50,862 bases of DNA from a bacterium (GTDB lineage Bacteria; Patescibacteriota; Minisyncoccia; Phycocordibacterales; Phycocordibacteraceae): the NCBI GenBank assembly GCA_023269085.1, contig JAHFML010000003.1, positions 1-50,862 of the forward strand, read 5' to 3'. How positions within the stretch are numbered: the first letter of the stretch is position 1; every line of letters starts with the position of its first letter. The notes below the pieces were generated by a model. It ran no database searches. It was not told where the DNA came from and saw only the letters and a program-made list of their open reading frames with translations. A program made the translations under genes and the position numbers. Below are positions 30,622 to 38,745 of the stretch, one piece after another.

Positions 30622-30819
30622 CCCGGCAAGAGCTCGAAGACGATGAAATAGGTTGCTCGTGCTCTCGGTGAGAATGGCGTTGTCGACACAGAGTTTGCCG
30701 AGAAGCGGCTGGTAGAGATGGCGGGATACCGCAATCGTCTGGTCCACTTCTACGATGATATAACCGCGCGCGAGTTGTACCGTATCGTGGTGAATGATAT
30801 CATCGCGAGTAGGAAGTAA
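30622..30819 (+). pseudogene. DUF86/HepT-type HEPN RNase fragment fused to the duplicated fusA tail
   Basis: PGKSSKTMK*VARALGENGVVDTEFAEKRLVEMAGYRNRLVHFYDDITARELYRIVVN-DIIASRK*; RNxxxHxY motif; TAG at 30649-30651. Confidence 0.78.
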
Positions 30820-31210
30820 GAAAAAGAGTAAAGCATGCGGCCGCCCCAAAGGGGCGGCCGCGTGCTTTCTCATCGCCTATCCCCACCCTCCTCCTTTACC
30901 TCCCCCTCGGGGGGGGGGTACGCTACAGGTATATCCACCGCGCATAACCCACACCCATGAAAGAACTAACTCGTTCAACGCTCGTCACCATCGTCGCCTC
31001 TTCTCTCACCCTCCTCGCCTTCTACGCGATCAACGCACAAGCACAATCAGCCTGGACTCCAGCTCCAGCTAACGCTCCCTCAGGCAACGTGGCAGGCCCC
31101 CTCACCACGGGCGCAACCGGTCAGAGCAAAGCCGGCAACCTTATGCTCAACACCGATGGCACCCTCGCCAACGGTCTCATCGTTGCGAATGGGAATGTGG
31201 GGATTGGGAC
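30796..31210 (+). repeat. 415-bp direct repeat, copy B
   Basis: Matches 29660-30074. Confidence 0.95.
30895..30924 (+). promoter_or_regulatory. Putative promoter with G10 tract (TTTACC-N18-TACGCT)
   Basis: G run 30909-30918. Confidence 0.65.
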
Positions 31211-31646
31211 GCTTACTCCTAACACAACTAAAGGCACTAGCGGCTACCTTGACGCCAAAGACGTCTATCTCCGTGACGCCGGGAAGTGGGCGAGTGAGGT
31301 TGGGGGGGGCGGAAGTAGTGGTGCCGCGAAGGTATGGGCAAATTTTGAAGGCACTAATTGTAGTGGAGCCAACGGATGCATAATACGAGCACAGTATGGT
31401 GTGTCTAAGATTCTAAAGACTGGATCTGGAATCTACAGAGTCTATTTTACTACTCCGATGCCAGACACAAATTATGTAACAATTGGTGTTAACAACGGGC
31501 CAGGATGTCAGTGGTCTATTGGTGGTGTGGCTGCAGATTATTCTAATAAGACAGTGGATTCAGTAACTATTAGGACTCCTAATTATGATGCGTGTACTTT
31601 CAACACTATAGACCGATACGATGTTGAGTTCGTTATATTTAGATAG
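30957..31646 (+). CDS. Secreted constant-N/variable-C surface protein, paralog 3 (phage-tail-fibre-like tip)
   Basis: Constant N-terminus; DAKDVYLRDAGKWAS neck; AKVWANFEG...GVSKILKTGSGIYRVYFTTPMPDTNY tip. Confidence 0.82.
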   Translation: MKELTRSTLVTIVASSLTLLAFYAINAQAQSAWTPAPANAPSGNVAGPLTTGATGQSKAGNLMLNTDGTLANGLIVANGNVGIGTLTPNTTKGTSGYLDAKDVYLRDAGKWASEVGGGGSSGAAKVWANFEGTNCSGANGCIIRAQYGVSKILKTGSGIYRVYFTTPMPDTNYVTIGVNNGPGCQWSIGGVAADYSNKTVDSVTIRTPNYDACTFNTIDRYDVEFVIFR

Positions 31647-31676
31647 TCGCACTGTGCATACATGGTTTGCACCAGG

Positions 31677-32402
31677 TCATTTCTCCGGCTTCTCGTTGTA
31701 GCTTACTATGCGCCAGCCGCGGGTGGGGGAGAAGATGCGCCACGGATTGAATTCGCAGGTGGTGACGCCCGCGTTGTCTGAATAGTTGAAGAAGGAGAGC
31801 TTCACGAAGTCACCGGCGTGCAGGCGCTCGCGGTAGAGCATATAGGCTACGCACGCCTTGAGAAAAATGTGATGCGTCACGATGACGGTCCCGTTCTCGC
31901 CCTGAGCCGCGAGAAGGTCGACGCACTTCCGGGCGCGACTCTTCAATTCGTCGAAACTTTCTTCATCGGAGATACGGAAGTCGTCGGCGTGATATGCGAG
32001 ATCGATCTGACTCAAGATAGTGGTGACCTTCGGATCGCGAGAGCTCTTCCCGACGACGTCGGTCGGGTTGCGGCGCTCTACGAGCAGGTCTGAATATGAG
32101 ATCGGAGCATTGAGGTGAGTGCGCAAAATCTCTGATGTTTCCTTCGCACGCGGATAAGTGCTTGAGAGGATCATGTTGACCCTGAATGGGTGGAGGTAGC
32201 GTCCGACCTCTTCGGCTTGCGCGCGCCCCTTCTCTGAGAGCGCGCCTTCAGCTCCCTGGCGAATATGCTCGGCGTTCAGAAGCGTCTCGCCGTGCCGGAC
32301 GAAGTAGAATCGCCGCGGCCGCATGAGGAGGAGGATGAGAGCGACGATAAGGGGTATGCCAATAAATAATTCTCCAGTGATGAGCGAATCGGGCGAGTAC
32401 AT
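31677..32402 (-). CDS. Histidine phosphatase (phosphoglycerate mutase-like) with N-terminal TM
   Basis: FVRHGET, LSEKGRAQA, SSTYPRAKET, VIVTH. Confidence 0.88.
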   Translation of the reverse strand: MYSPDSLITGELFIGIPLIVALILLLMRPRRFYFVRHGETLLNAEHIRQGAEGALSEKGRAQAEEVGRYLHPFRVNMILSSTYPRAKETSEILRTHLNAPISYSDLLVERRNPTDVVGKSSRDPKVTTILSQIDLAYHADDFRISDEESFDELKSRARKCVDLLAAQGENGTVIVTHHIFLKACVAYMLYRERLHAGDFVKLSFFNYSDNAGVTTCEFNPWRIFSPTRGWRIVSYNEKPEK

Positions 32403-32438
32403 GATGCTCCTAGTATACTCGAGTGGTATACTGCGTGC

Positions 32439-33950
32439 ATGCTATCGACAATACTATCGTTCTCGCGAGCTCGCGTGCTGTATGTGGTTATCGGCGCCGC
32501 GGCACTTTCTCTCGGGTGGTACTTCTTCTCGGGTGGCGGGAAGAGCGCGGGGACGACAATAACGATTGTCCCGAGTGACGTGAGCGAGCAAGTGCGCGTC
32601 TCGGGCACCGTGACCGCCGCGCAGAATGTCGACCTCGGCTTCGCAGCGAATGGGCGCATCGCATCGGTCAGGGCGATGGTTGGCGAACACCTCGGCGAGG
32701 GGGCGGTCATTGCTGAGATAGAGAACGGCGATCTCGCCGCGGCTGTTGCGCAGAAGGAGGCGACCCTCGCGGAGCGGCAAGCAGACCTCGCGGCACTCCT
32801 TGCCGGGACGCGACCCGAACAGATTACGGTCGCCTCGACCTCGGTTGCGAACGCGCAAACAGCGCTCCTGAACGCGCTGCAGAACGCCTACACGACGACG
32901 GATGATGCGGTGCATAACAAGGCGGATGTGCTCTTCACAAATCCGCGCACGAGCCCGCTACTCTCCTTCACCGTCACGAGCGCGGCAGTTAAGATTTCTA
33001 CAGAACAAGATCGCGCGAGTCTGGAGCCGGTGCTTATTGGTTGGGCGGCTCTCATAGCAAGACTCTCTTCTGCGGCATCCGCCGGCTCGGCGACGCTCGC
33101 GCAGAAGTATCTCGCACAGGTAACGGCGCTTCTCGCCGACGCGAACGCGGCGCTCAATAACGGCGTTTCTGACCAGACGACGACCACGGCGATGCTCGCG
33201 TCGTATGCGACCGCGCTCGCAACGGCGCGCGCGAACGTGAATGCCGCGACGACGGCGATCGTCGCGGCATCGAGCGCGCTCGCGGCCGCCGAGAAGAATC
33301 TCGCGCTCGAGCAAGCCGGCGCAACGCCGGACGCGCTCGCCGCATCGCGCGCGGCCGTCGCGGCCGCGGCTGCTGATGTCGCGAGCGCGCATGCCGCGCT
33401 CGCGAAGACCCTCGTCGTCGCGCCGTTCGACGGTATTATCACGCGCATGGACGCCAAGGTCGGCGAGGTCGTCGCGCCGACCGCATCAGAGATCAGCATG
33501 CAGAGCGACGGCGTCTTCGAGATTGAGACGTATGTCCCGGAGGTTGCGATATCGGGTATCGCTATCGGCAACCCGGCGACGACCACGCTTGATGCCTACG
33601 GCTCGTCAGTCGCCTTCAGATCGAAGGTTATCGCGACGGATCCTGCCGAGACGGTCAAAGACGGCGTGCCGACCTACAAGGTGACGCTCGCATTCTTCGC
33701 CGCCGATGCACGCATCCGGAGCGGCATGACGGCCAACGTGGTCATCGAGACGGGCATGCTCCATGATGCTATCGTCGTTCCGGTCGGCGCTATCACGACG
33801 AAGAGCGGCGAGACATCCGTGTCGGTCGTCATCCAAGGGAAGTCGATGCCGCGTTCGGTCTCAACCGGAGTATCGCCCTCCTTCGGGCAGGTCGAGATAC
33901 TCTCAGGTCTCGCGAAGGGTGACGTGATTCTGCTCACTCCCGCGCCCTAA
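32439..33950 (+). CDS. MacA/HlyD-family efflux adaptor subunit
   Basis: N-terminal TM, VSGTV..NVDLGF..GRI lipoyl half, long coiled coil, APFDGII, IRSGMTANV, EILSGL. Confidence 0.88.
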   Translation: MLSTILSFSRARVLYVVIGAAALSLGWYFFSGGGKSAGTTITIVPSDVSEQVRVSGTVTAAQNVDLGFAANGRIASVRAMVGEHLGEGAVIAEIENGDLAAAVAQKEATLAERQADLAALLAGTRPEQITVASTSVANAQTALLNALQNAYTTTDDAVHNKADVLFTNPRTSPLLSFTVTSAAVKISTEQDRASLEPVLIGWAALIARLSSAASAGSATLAQKYLAQVTALLADANAALNNGVSDQTTTTAMLASYATALATARANVNAATTAIVAASSALAAAEKNLALEQAGATPDALAASRAAVAAAAADVASAHAALAKTLVVAPFDGIITRMDAKVGEVVAPTASEISMQSDGVFEIETYVPEVAISGIAIGNPATTTLDAYGSSVAFRSKVIATDPAETVKDGVPTYKVTLAFFAADARIRSGMTANVVIETGMLHDAIVVPVGAITTKSGETSVSVVIQGKSMPRSVSTGVSPSFGQVEILSGLAKGDVILLTPAP

Positions 33951-33955
33951 GCGGC

Positions 33956-35212
33956 ATGCTCTCTCTTCTCAACATCCGCGTCGGCTTCTATCTCGCGCTT
34001 CGGCAGATTCGTCGCGCGAGCCGTTGGACGACGACGCTCATCGTCTTCGTGATGCTCCTCACATTCCTTAATCTCGTCGTCGTGACGGGCGTCTTGGTCG
34101 GCATCATCCAAGGCATCTCGAACCAGTACCGCACGCAAGAGACGGGCGATGTCGTCGTCTCATCGCTCGATTCAAAAGATTTCATCGAGAACAGCCCGCA
34201 GATTATCGCGCTCGTGAAGAGTCTGCCCGGCGTCGCGCAGGTGAGCTCGCGCTACATCGCGGGCGGCACCATCGAAGCGAATTACTTCTCCCGCGATCAG
34301 AAAGAGAAGCCGAACGAGACGGGCGCGAGCGTCGACGGCATCAACGTTGCCGACGAGAACGCGTTCTCAAATCTTTCAACCCATGTCGCCGAAGGATCGT
34401 ATCTCTCTTCGAGCGACTATGACACGGTCCTGCTCGGCTCGCAGCTCATCGACCGCTACTCCTTCGGTAAGATGCCGGGGCTGACCCCGCTCAAGAATGT
34501 GTACCCCGGCACGAAGATTCGCCTTACGCTCGGGGGTCATACGCGCGAGGTGGTCGTGAAGGGTATTGTCTCGGTCCCCGCCAATTCGCCTCTCGCCGCG
34601 CGCGTCTTCATGCCGGAGGGCGAAGTGCGCGAGCTCATCGGCCGTGATGATTATGCGGTCAACGAGATCGCGACCCTGCTTCTGCCGGGGACCGATCCGA
34701 TCGCCTTCCGCGATCTGCTCTTGCGAAGCGGCGTCGGCGCGAACGCCAAGGTGCAGACCTTCGAGGACGCGACGCCGAACGGCGTCGCGGAGATTAAAGA
34801 TACGTTCGCCATGATCGGCAACGCCATCGGGTCGATCGGTCTCGTCGTCGCCGCTATCACGATCTTCATCGTCATCTTCATCAACGCGGTCACGCGGCGC
34901 AAGTTCATCGGCATCTTGAAGGGTATCGGCATCTCGGGCGAGGCGATCGAGATCTCTTACATCTTCCAGTCGATCTTCTATGCCGCCATCGGCTCGTCGC
35001 TCGGCCTCCTCTTCCTCTACGGATTCCTCGTCCCCTATATCGCCGTGCACCCGATCGTGCTCCCGATCAGCAACGCTATTATCGTCGCGCCGGTTGCGAG
35101 CACGCTCCTGCGCATCCTGCTCCTCGTCGTCGCGACCATCATCGCCGGTTACCTGCCCGCGCGCATGATCGTGCGGAAGAATACGCTCGACTCTATCCTC
35201 GGCCGCACCTAG
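33956..35212 (+). CDS. MacB/FtsX-family ABC transporter permease
   Basis: TM, large extracellular domain, three TMs with RRKFIGILKGIG. Confidence 0.88.
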   Translation: MLSLLNIRVGFYLALRQIRRASRWTTTLIVFVMLLTFLNLVVVTGVLVGIIQGISNQYRTQETGDVVVSSLDSKDFIENSPQIIALVKSLPGVAQVSSRYIAGGTIEANYFSRDQKEKPNETGASVDGINVADENAFSNLSTHVAEGSYLSSSDYDTVLLGSQLIDRYSFGKMPGLTPLKNVYPGTKIRLTLGGHTREVVVKGIVSVPANSPLAARVFMPEGEVRELIGRDDYAVNEIATLLLPGTDPIAFRDLLLRSGVGANAKVQTFEDATPNGVAEIKDTFAMIGNAIGSIGLVVAAITIFIVIFINAVTRRKFIGILKGIGISGEAIEISYIFQSIFYAAIGSSLGLLFLYGFLVPYIAVHPIVLPISNAIIVAPVASTLLRILLLVVATIIAGYLPARMIVRKNTLDSILGRT

Positions 35213-35216
35213 ACCT

Positions 35217-35924
35217 ATGATTACCGTCAAACAATTGATACGAAGTTTCAAAGATGGCTCTCGCGAGACGCGCGTGCTGAAGGGCATCGACCTCATCGTA
35301 AAGAATGGCGAGTTCGTCGCTATCATCGGCCGCTCGGGAGCGGGGAAGAGCACGCTCCTGTACCAGATGTCGCTCCTCGACGAGCCGAGCGCGGGCGACG
35401 TCATCGTCGACGGCCACTCGACGAATGAAATGTCGACCGACGAAGAAACGCAATTTCGCCTCTTCAACTTCGGCTATGTCTTCCAAGACTATGCGCTCCT
35501 GCCCGAGCTCACGGCGCTCGAGAATGTCGTCCTCCCGCTCATCATGCAAGGGATGCCAATAGCGGCGGCCGAAGAGAAGGCGACGGCCGCCCTGCGCCGC
35601 GTCGGTCTCGACGGCCGCCTCGACAATCTCCCGAGCCAGCTCTCGGGCGGCGAACAGCAACGCGTCTCGATCTCGCGCGCGATCGCGCACACGCCGCACG
35701 TCCTCTTCGCCGATGAGCCGACCGCGAATCTCGACAAAGAGTCGTCGGCGGTCGTGATGCAGCTCTTCGCCGAGCTCCACGCGGCAGGTCAGACTATCAT
35801 CATGGTGACGCACGAAGACGATTTCGCACGCTTCGCCGAGCGCATCGTGAAGATCGACGATGGTATGATTGTGTCTGACGAGCGCGTTACGATTCGAAAC
35901 AGACCGCTCGAGAGTGGCGTATAA
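35217..35924 (+). CDS. ABC transporter ATP-binding protein (LolD/MacB type)
   Basis: GRSGAGKST, LSGGEQQRV, FADEPTANLD, MVTH. Confidence 0.95.
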   Translation: MITVKQLIRSFKDGSRETRVLKGIDLIVKNGEFVAIIGRSGAGKSTLLYQMSLLDEPSAGDVIVDGHSTNEMSTDEETQFRLFNFGYVFQDYALLPELTALENVVLPLIMQGMPIAAAEEKATAALRRVGLDGRLDNLPSQLSGGEQQRVSISRAIAHTPHVLFADEPTANLDKESSAVVMQLFAELHAAGQTIIMVTHEDDFARFAERIVKIDDGMIVSDERVTIRNRPLESGV

Positions 35925-35952
35925 AGAGCCATAACAATAACTTATGCACGGT

Positions 35953-36438
35953 ATGAAAAAGCTTATGATCGGTGCGACGCTTCTCACCTCGCTCCTCGCG
36001 GCAGGCACCGCCTTCGCCCAGGCTCCTCTGCCGCCGCGCGGAGAGCCGAACGAGACCGGCGAAGCGAGAGGTAGGATGATGGTCAGGCCGGTCGGCGTGT
36101 TCGGTGCGGTCGCGAGCTCGACGCTTCGCGAACGAGAGATGATGAATCTCCCGTCTCGTGAGTATCGAGAAAATGCGACTTCGACGCGCGGCCGCAAGGT
36201 GAATCGTGTCGAGATCGACAAGAAGCGACCAGCTCTCGCGACCTCGACAGCCGCACTCTACCGATTGCGGCAAGAACAGGGAGAGAAGCCGGTTATGCGG
36301 CCGATAAGGACAGCCCCCCAGTTGCACGCAACAACGACAAGCGCGAACAGCGCGTCATCGACACCGCCGCGCCGCGGCTTCGTCGGCGGGATGATGGGCG
36401 GCATCGGCGGCTTCTTCCAACGCATGTTCAGGTTCTAG
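35953..36438 (+). CDS. Secreted Arg-rich hypothetical protein
   Basis: Signal peptide MKKLMIG...TAFA; ATST motifs; GFF.RMF end. Confidence 0.65.
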   Translation: MKKLMIGATLLTSLLAAGTAFAQAPLPPRGEPNETGEARGRMMVRPVGVFGAVASSTLREREMMNLPSREYRENATSTRGRKVNRVEIDKKRPALATSTAALYRLRQEQGEKPVMRPIRTAPQLHATTTSANSASSTPPRRGFVGGMMGGIGGFFQRMFRF

Positions 36439-36459
36439 TTCCAACGCACCATAAGACGA

Positions 36460-36491
36460 AACAAAAACAGCCCGCATGGGCTGTTTTTGTT
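36460..36491. terminator. Terminator hairpin
   Basis: AACAAAAACAGCCC-gcat-GGGCTGTTTTTGTT. Confidence 0.75.
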
Positions 36492-36514
36492 GTTTGTGAT
36501 ATTCTGCTCTTATT

Positions 36515-36606
36515 GGAGACGTGGCTGAGTGGTCGAAAGCACCTCACTGCTAACGAGGCAGGGACGTTAAACTCCCTCGTGGGTTCAAATCCCACCGTCT
36601 CCGCCA
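36515..36606 (+). tRNA. tRNA-Ser(GCT)
   Basis: Acceptor GGAGACG/CGTCTCC then G-CCA; D-arm GCTGAGTGGTCGAAAGC; anticodon loop CT-GCT-AA (36549-36551); long variable arm; GGTTCAAATCC T-arm. Confidence 0.95.
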
Positions 36607-38100
36607 AAATTCAAAATCGGAATTGGAAGCCGAAATGGGGTCGCGCCGTAGGCGCGACACAAACGCATTCCCGCCAAAAATTCCTGAATCCAAAAGGTTT
36701 TTCCACGCTCCGCGTGGTTCAAAAAAGACGGTTCGATCCTTAATTTGAAAGTTCGAACCGACTTTTTGAAGTAAACGGATTTTTTCTCCGTTTACTTCCT
36801 CGTTTGCCAATTCCACATTGTATTTCAAAAACTTTTCGGTAAGTTCGAACCGATTATTCGCTTTTTGCTCAAAAGCCGATAATTTCTCTTTGAGAAGCTG
36901 TTTTTGATTAACTAGCGTGCTTTTAGCGCCCCGATATTCCTCTAGCGAAAGTGCGCTCTCTAAATAAGCATTCATCAGCTTCTCAATTTTAGAATCCAAA
37001 AGAGAAATTTCGGCTTTTGTGTTGTCTGCAAAAAGCGTAGACGACTGGATTTCTGATTGCCGATCTTTTGCGTTTTCGGCAATCATCCATTTAGCCCAAT
37101 CGTCTGGCAAAGAAACTTTTTTGATTTCCTTATTGATTTCGGAAGTGATGATTTCCTCGCGAGTATATTTTTGCGAACAAGGATTTTTCCGTTTGGTACA
37201 TCGCAAATAATTATGACCTTTCTGTGTCTCGGTAGTGATGAAGCAACCACACTCTCCGCAACGGAAAAATCCTCTGTACAAAAATGGTTTCAGTCCGCGA
37301 GATTTCGGCTTACTTTTTCGCATCATCACTTCCTGAACGGAATCAAAAAGTTTCTTTGAAATAATCGGTTCGTGCTTTCCCTCAAAAATCTCTCCGTTGT
37401 ACAACATCAATCCTGTATAGATAGGATTTTTGAGAAGTTTTTGATAATTCGACACCGCAAGTTCCTTTCCGCTTTTTCGCTTCAATCCAAGCCCATTAAA
37501 TTTGTCGCGGAGTTCCCGCAAAGTGAAGTTTCCGGTGGAATATGCCTCAAATGTTTTGCGAATAAGTGGAGCAAGTTCGGGGTCTGGCACAATACGCTTG
37601 TTTTTGTTCACATAGCCCAATGGCGACATTTGAGGCCATATACCTTCCTTCACTTTGTTTCTATGTCCACGCTTAATATTCTCCGACAAATTGTCCACAT
37701 AATACTTGGATTGCGAAAAGGCGATTGAGAGCATGAATTTGCCTTGCGGTGTCGGATCAAACCAAAAAGTTGGGAATTTCATTTCAGAAATTACACCAGT
37801 ATCAACGAGGTAGATGATCTTTCCTCCATCTACCGAGTTGCGAGCAAGTCTATCGGGATGCCACGCCAAAATACCAGTGGCTTCACCTTTTTCCATTCGC
37901 TCTATCATTTCATTAAACACGGGACGACCTGGTATTTTGGCGGTCTGCTTCTCGACAAAGACATCAACCACATCAAGCTGTTCTTTCAACGCTAACTCTT
38001 TTAATTCACTTAGTTGGTCAGCAATACTGCGGACTTGTCTGTCTTTGTCATCCGTAGACTTGCGAGTATATATGAAAAACTTTTTGGTTTGATTATTCAT
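36550..38100 (-). CDS. Large serine recombinase (resolvase, recombinase and Zn-ribbon domains), C-terminus read antisense through tRNA-Ser
   Basis: IYTRKSTDD..QVRSI..Q, WHPDRLARN, PLGY, LKNPIYTG, HEPIIS, CGECG...YLRC; start at MNNQTKK. Confidence 0.92.
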   Translation of the reverse strand: MNNQTKKFFIYTRKSTDDKDRQVRSIADQLSELKELALKEQLDVVDVFVEKQTAKIPGRPVFNEMIERMEKGEATGILAWHPDRLARNSVDGGKIIYLVDTGVISEMKFPTFWFDPTPQGKFMLSIAFSQSKYYVDNLSENIKRGHRNKVKEGIWPQMSPLGYVNKNKRIVPDPELAPLIRKTFEAYSTGNFTLRELRDKFNGLGLKRKSGKELAVSNYQKLLKNPIYTGLMLYNGEIFEGKHEPIISKKLFDSVQEVMMRKSKPKSRGLKPFLYRGFFRCGECGCFITTETQKGHNYLRCTKRKNPCSQKYTREEIITSEINKEIKKVSLPDDWAKWMIAENAKDRQSEIQSSTLFADNTKAEISLLDSKIEKLMNAYLESALSLEEYRGAKSTLVNQKQLLKEKLSAFEQKANNRFELTEKFLKYNVELANEEVNGEKIRLLQKVGSNFQIKDRTVFFEPRGAWKNLLDSGIFGGNAFVSRLRRDPISASNSDFEFWRRRWDLNPRGSLTSLPR

Positions 38101-38121
38101 AGAATTGTATTGGCAAACGAG

Positions 38122-38242
38122 TGAACCACGCGGAGCGTGGAAAAACCTTTTGGATTCAGGAATTTTTGGCGGGAATGCGTTTGTGTCGCGCCTACGGCGC
38201 GACCCCATTTCGGCTTCCAATTCCGATTTTGAATTTTGGCGG
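38122..38242. repeat. 121-bp inverted copy of 36601-36721 (left att arm / integrase 3' region)
   Basis: Exact reverse complement by inspection. Confidence 0.93.
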
Positions 38243-38441
38243 TGTGTATTGGACAAAGTTCGAATGTATTTCGGACAAAATCCGCAGGATTTTGACTAAT
38301 AATCTTTGCGCCTCGCACGCTCCCTTCGGTCGCAATCCCAAAACCAAAAATTTCCTTACTTTTCCTTCTTCGGCGGGGGGTGTGGGGGGAGCCGGCAAAA
38401 AATGGAAAGGAAAATTTTTGGTTTTGGTTCCGACGCTTCAT
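38236..38441. repeat. 206-bp inverted copy of 44106-44311 (right att arm)
   Basis: Reverse complement with one mismatch seen (KFSF versus KFSL in the ORF track); overlaps the previous repeat at the CCGCCAA core. Confidence 0.93.
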
Positions 38442-38533
38442 AATCCAATTATTCACACTTGTATTATAACTTATCATTGAGTCAAAACACAAGAGAATGC
38501 TATAATATCCGTGTTGATAAGTTTTCATACAAT

Positions 38534-38743
38534 ATGGCAAAATCCACAGCACAAAAATTTGGCGAAAATATGAAAAAAATTCGCCTTGAAAAAAGCATGT
38601 CGCAAGGCGATATTTGCCGAGAGTTAGGTTTAGATAGAGCGTATATAAGCAATGTTGAGAACGGCAAACAAAACCTTACAATCAGTACAATGGAAAAGGT
38701 CGCCAAAGCGTTGGGAGTTAGCATAGATCAACTTTTAAAATAG
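38534..38743 (+). CDS. XRE-family HTH regulator (RM controller C-protein-like)
   Basis: FGENMKKIRLEKSMSQ...DRAYISNVENGKQNLTI..MEKVAKAL. Confidence 0.9.
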   Translation: MAKSTAQKFGENMKKIRLEKSMSQGDICRELGLDRAYISNVENGKQNLTISTMEKVAKALGVSIDQLLK

Positions 38744-38745
38744 TT

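Noticed and set aside
32958-33420. Ala-rich low-complexity stretch as a repeat element
   Set aside because: Ordinary alpha-helical hairpin of a MacA/HlyD adaptor
38105-38299. 64-aa ORF, and ORFs 38097-38552, 43899-44303 and 44106-44690, as independent genes
   Set aside because: They are translations of the duplicated att arms; 38105-38299 is only the integrase tail copy
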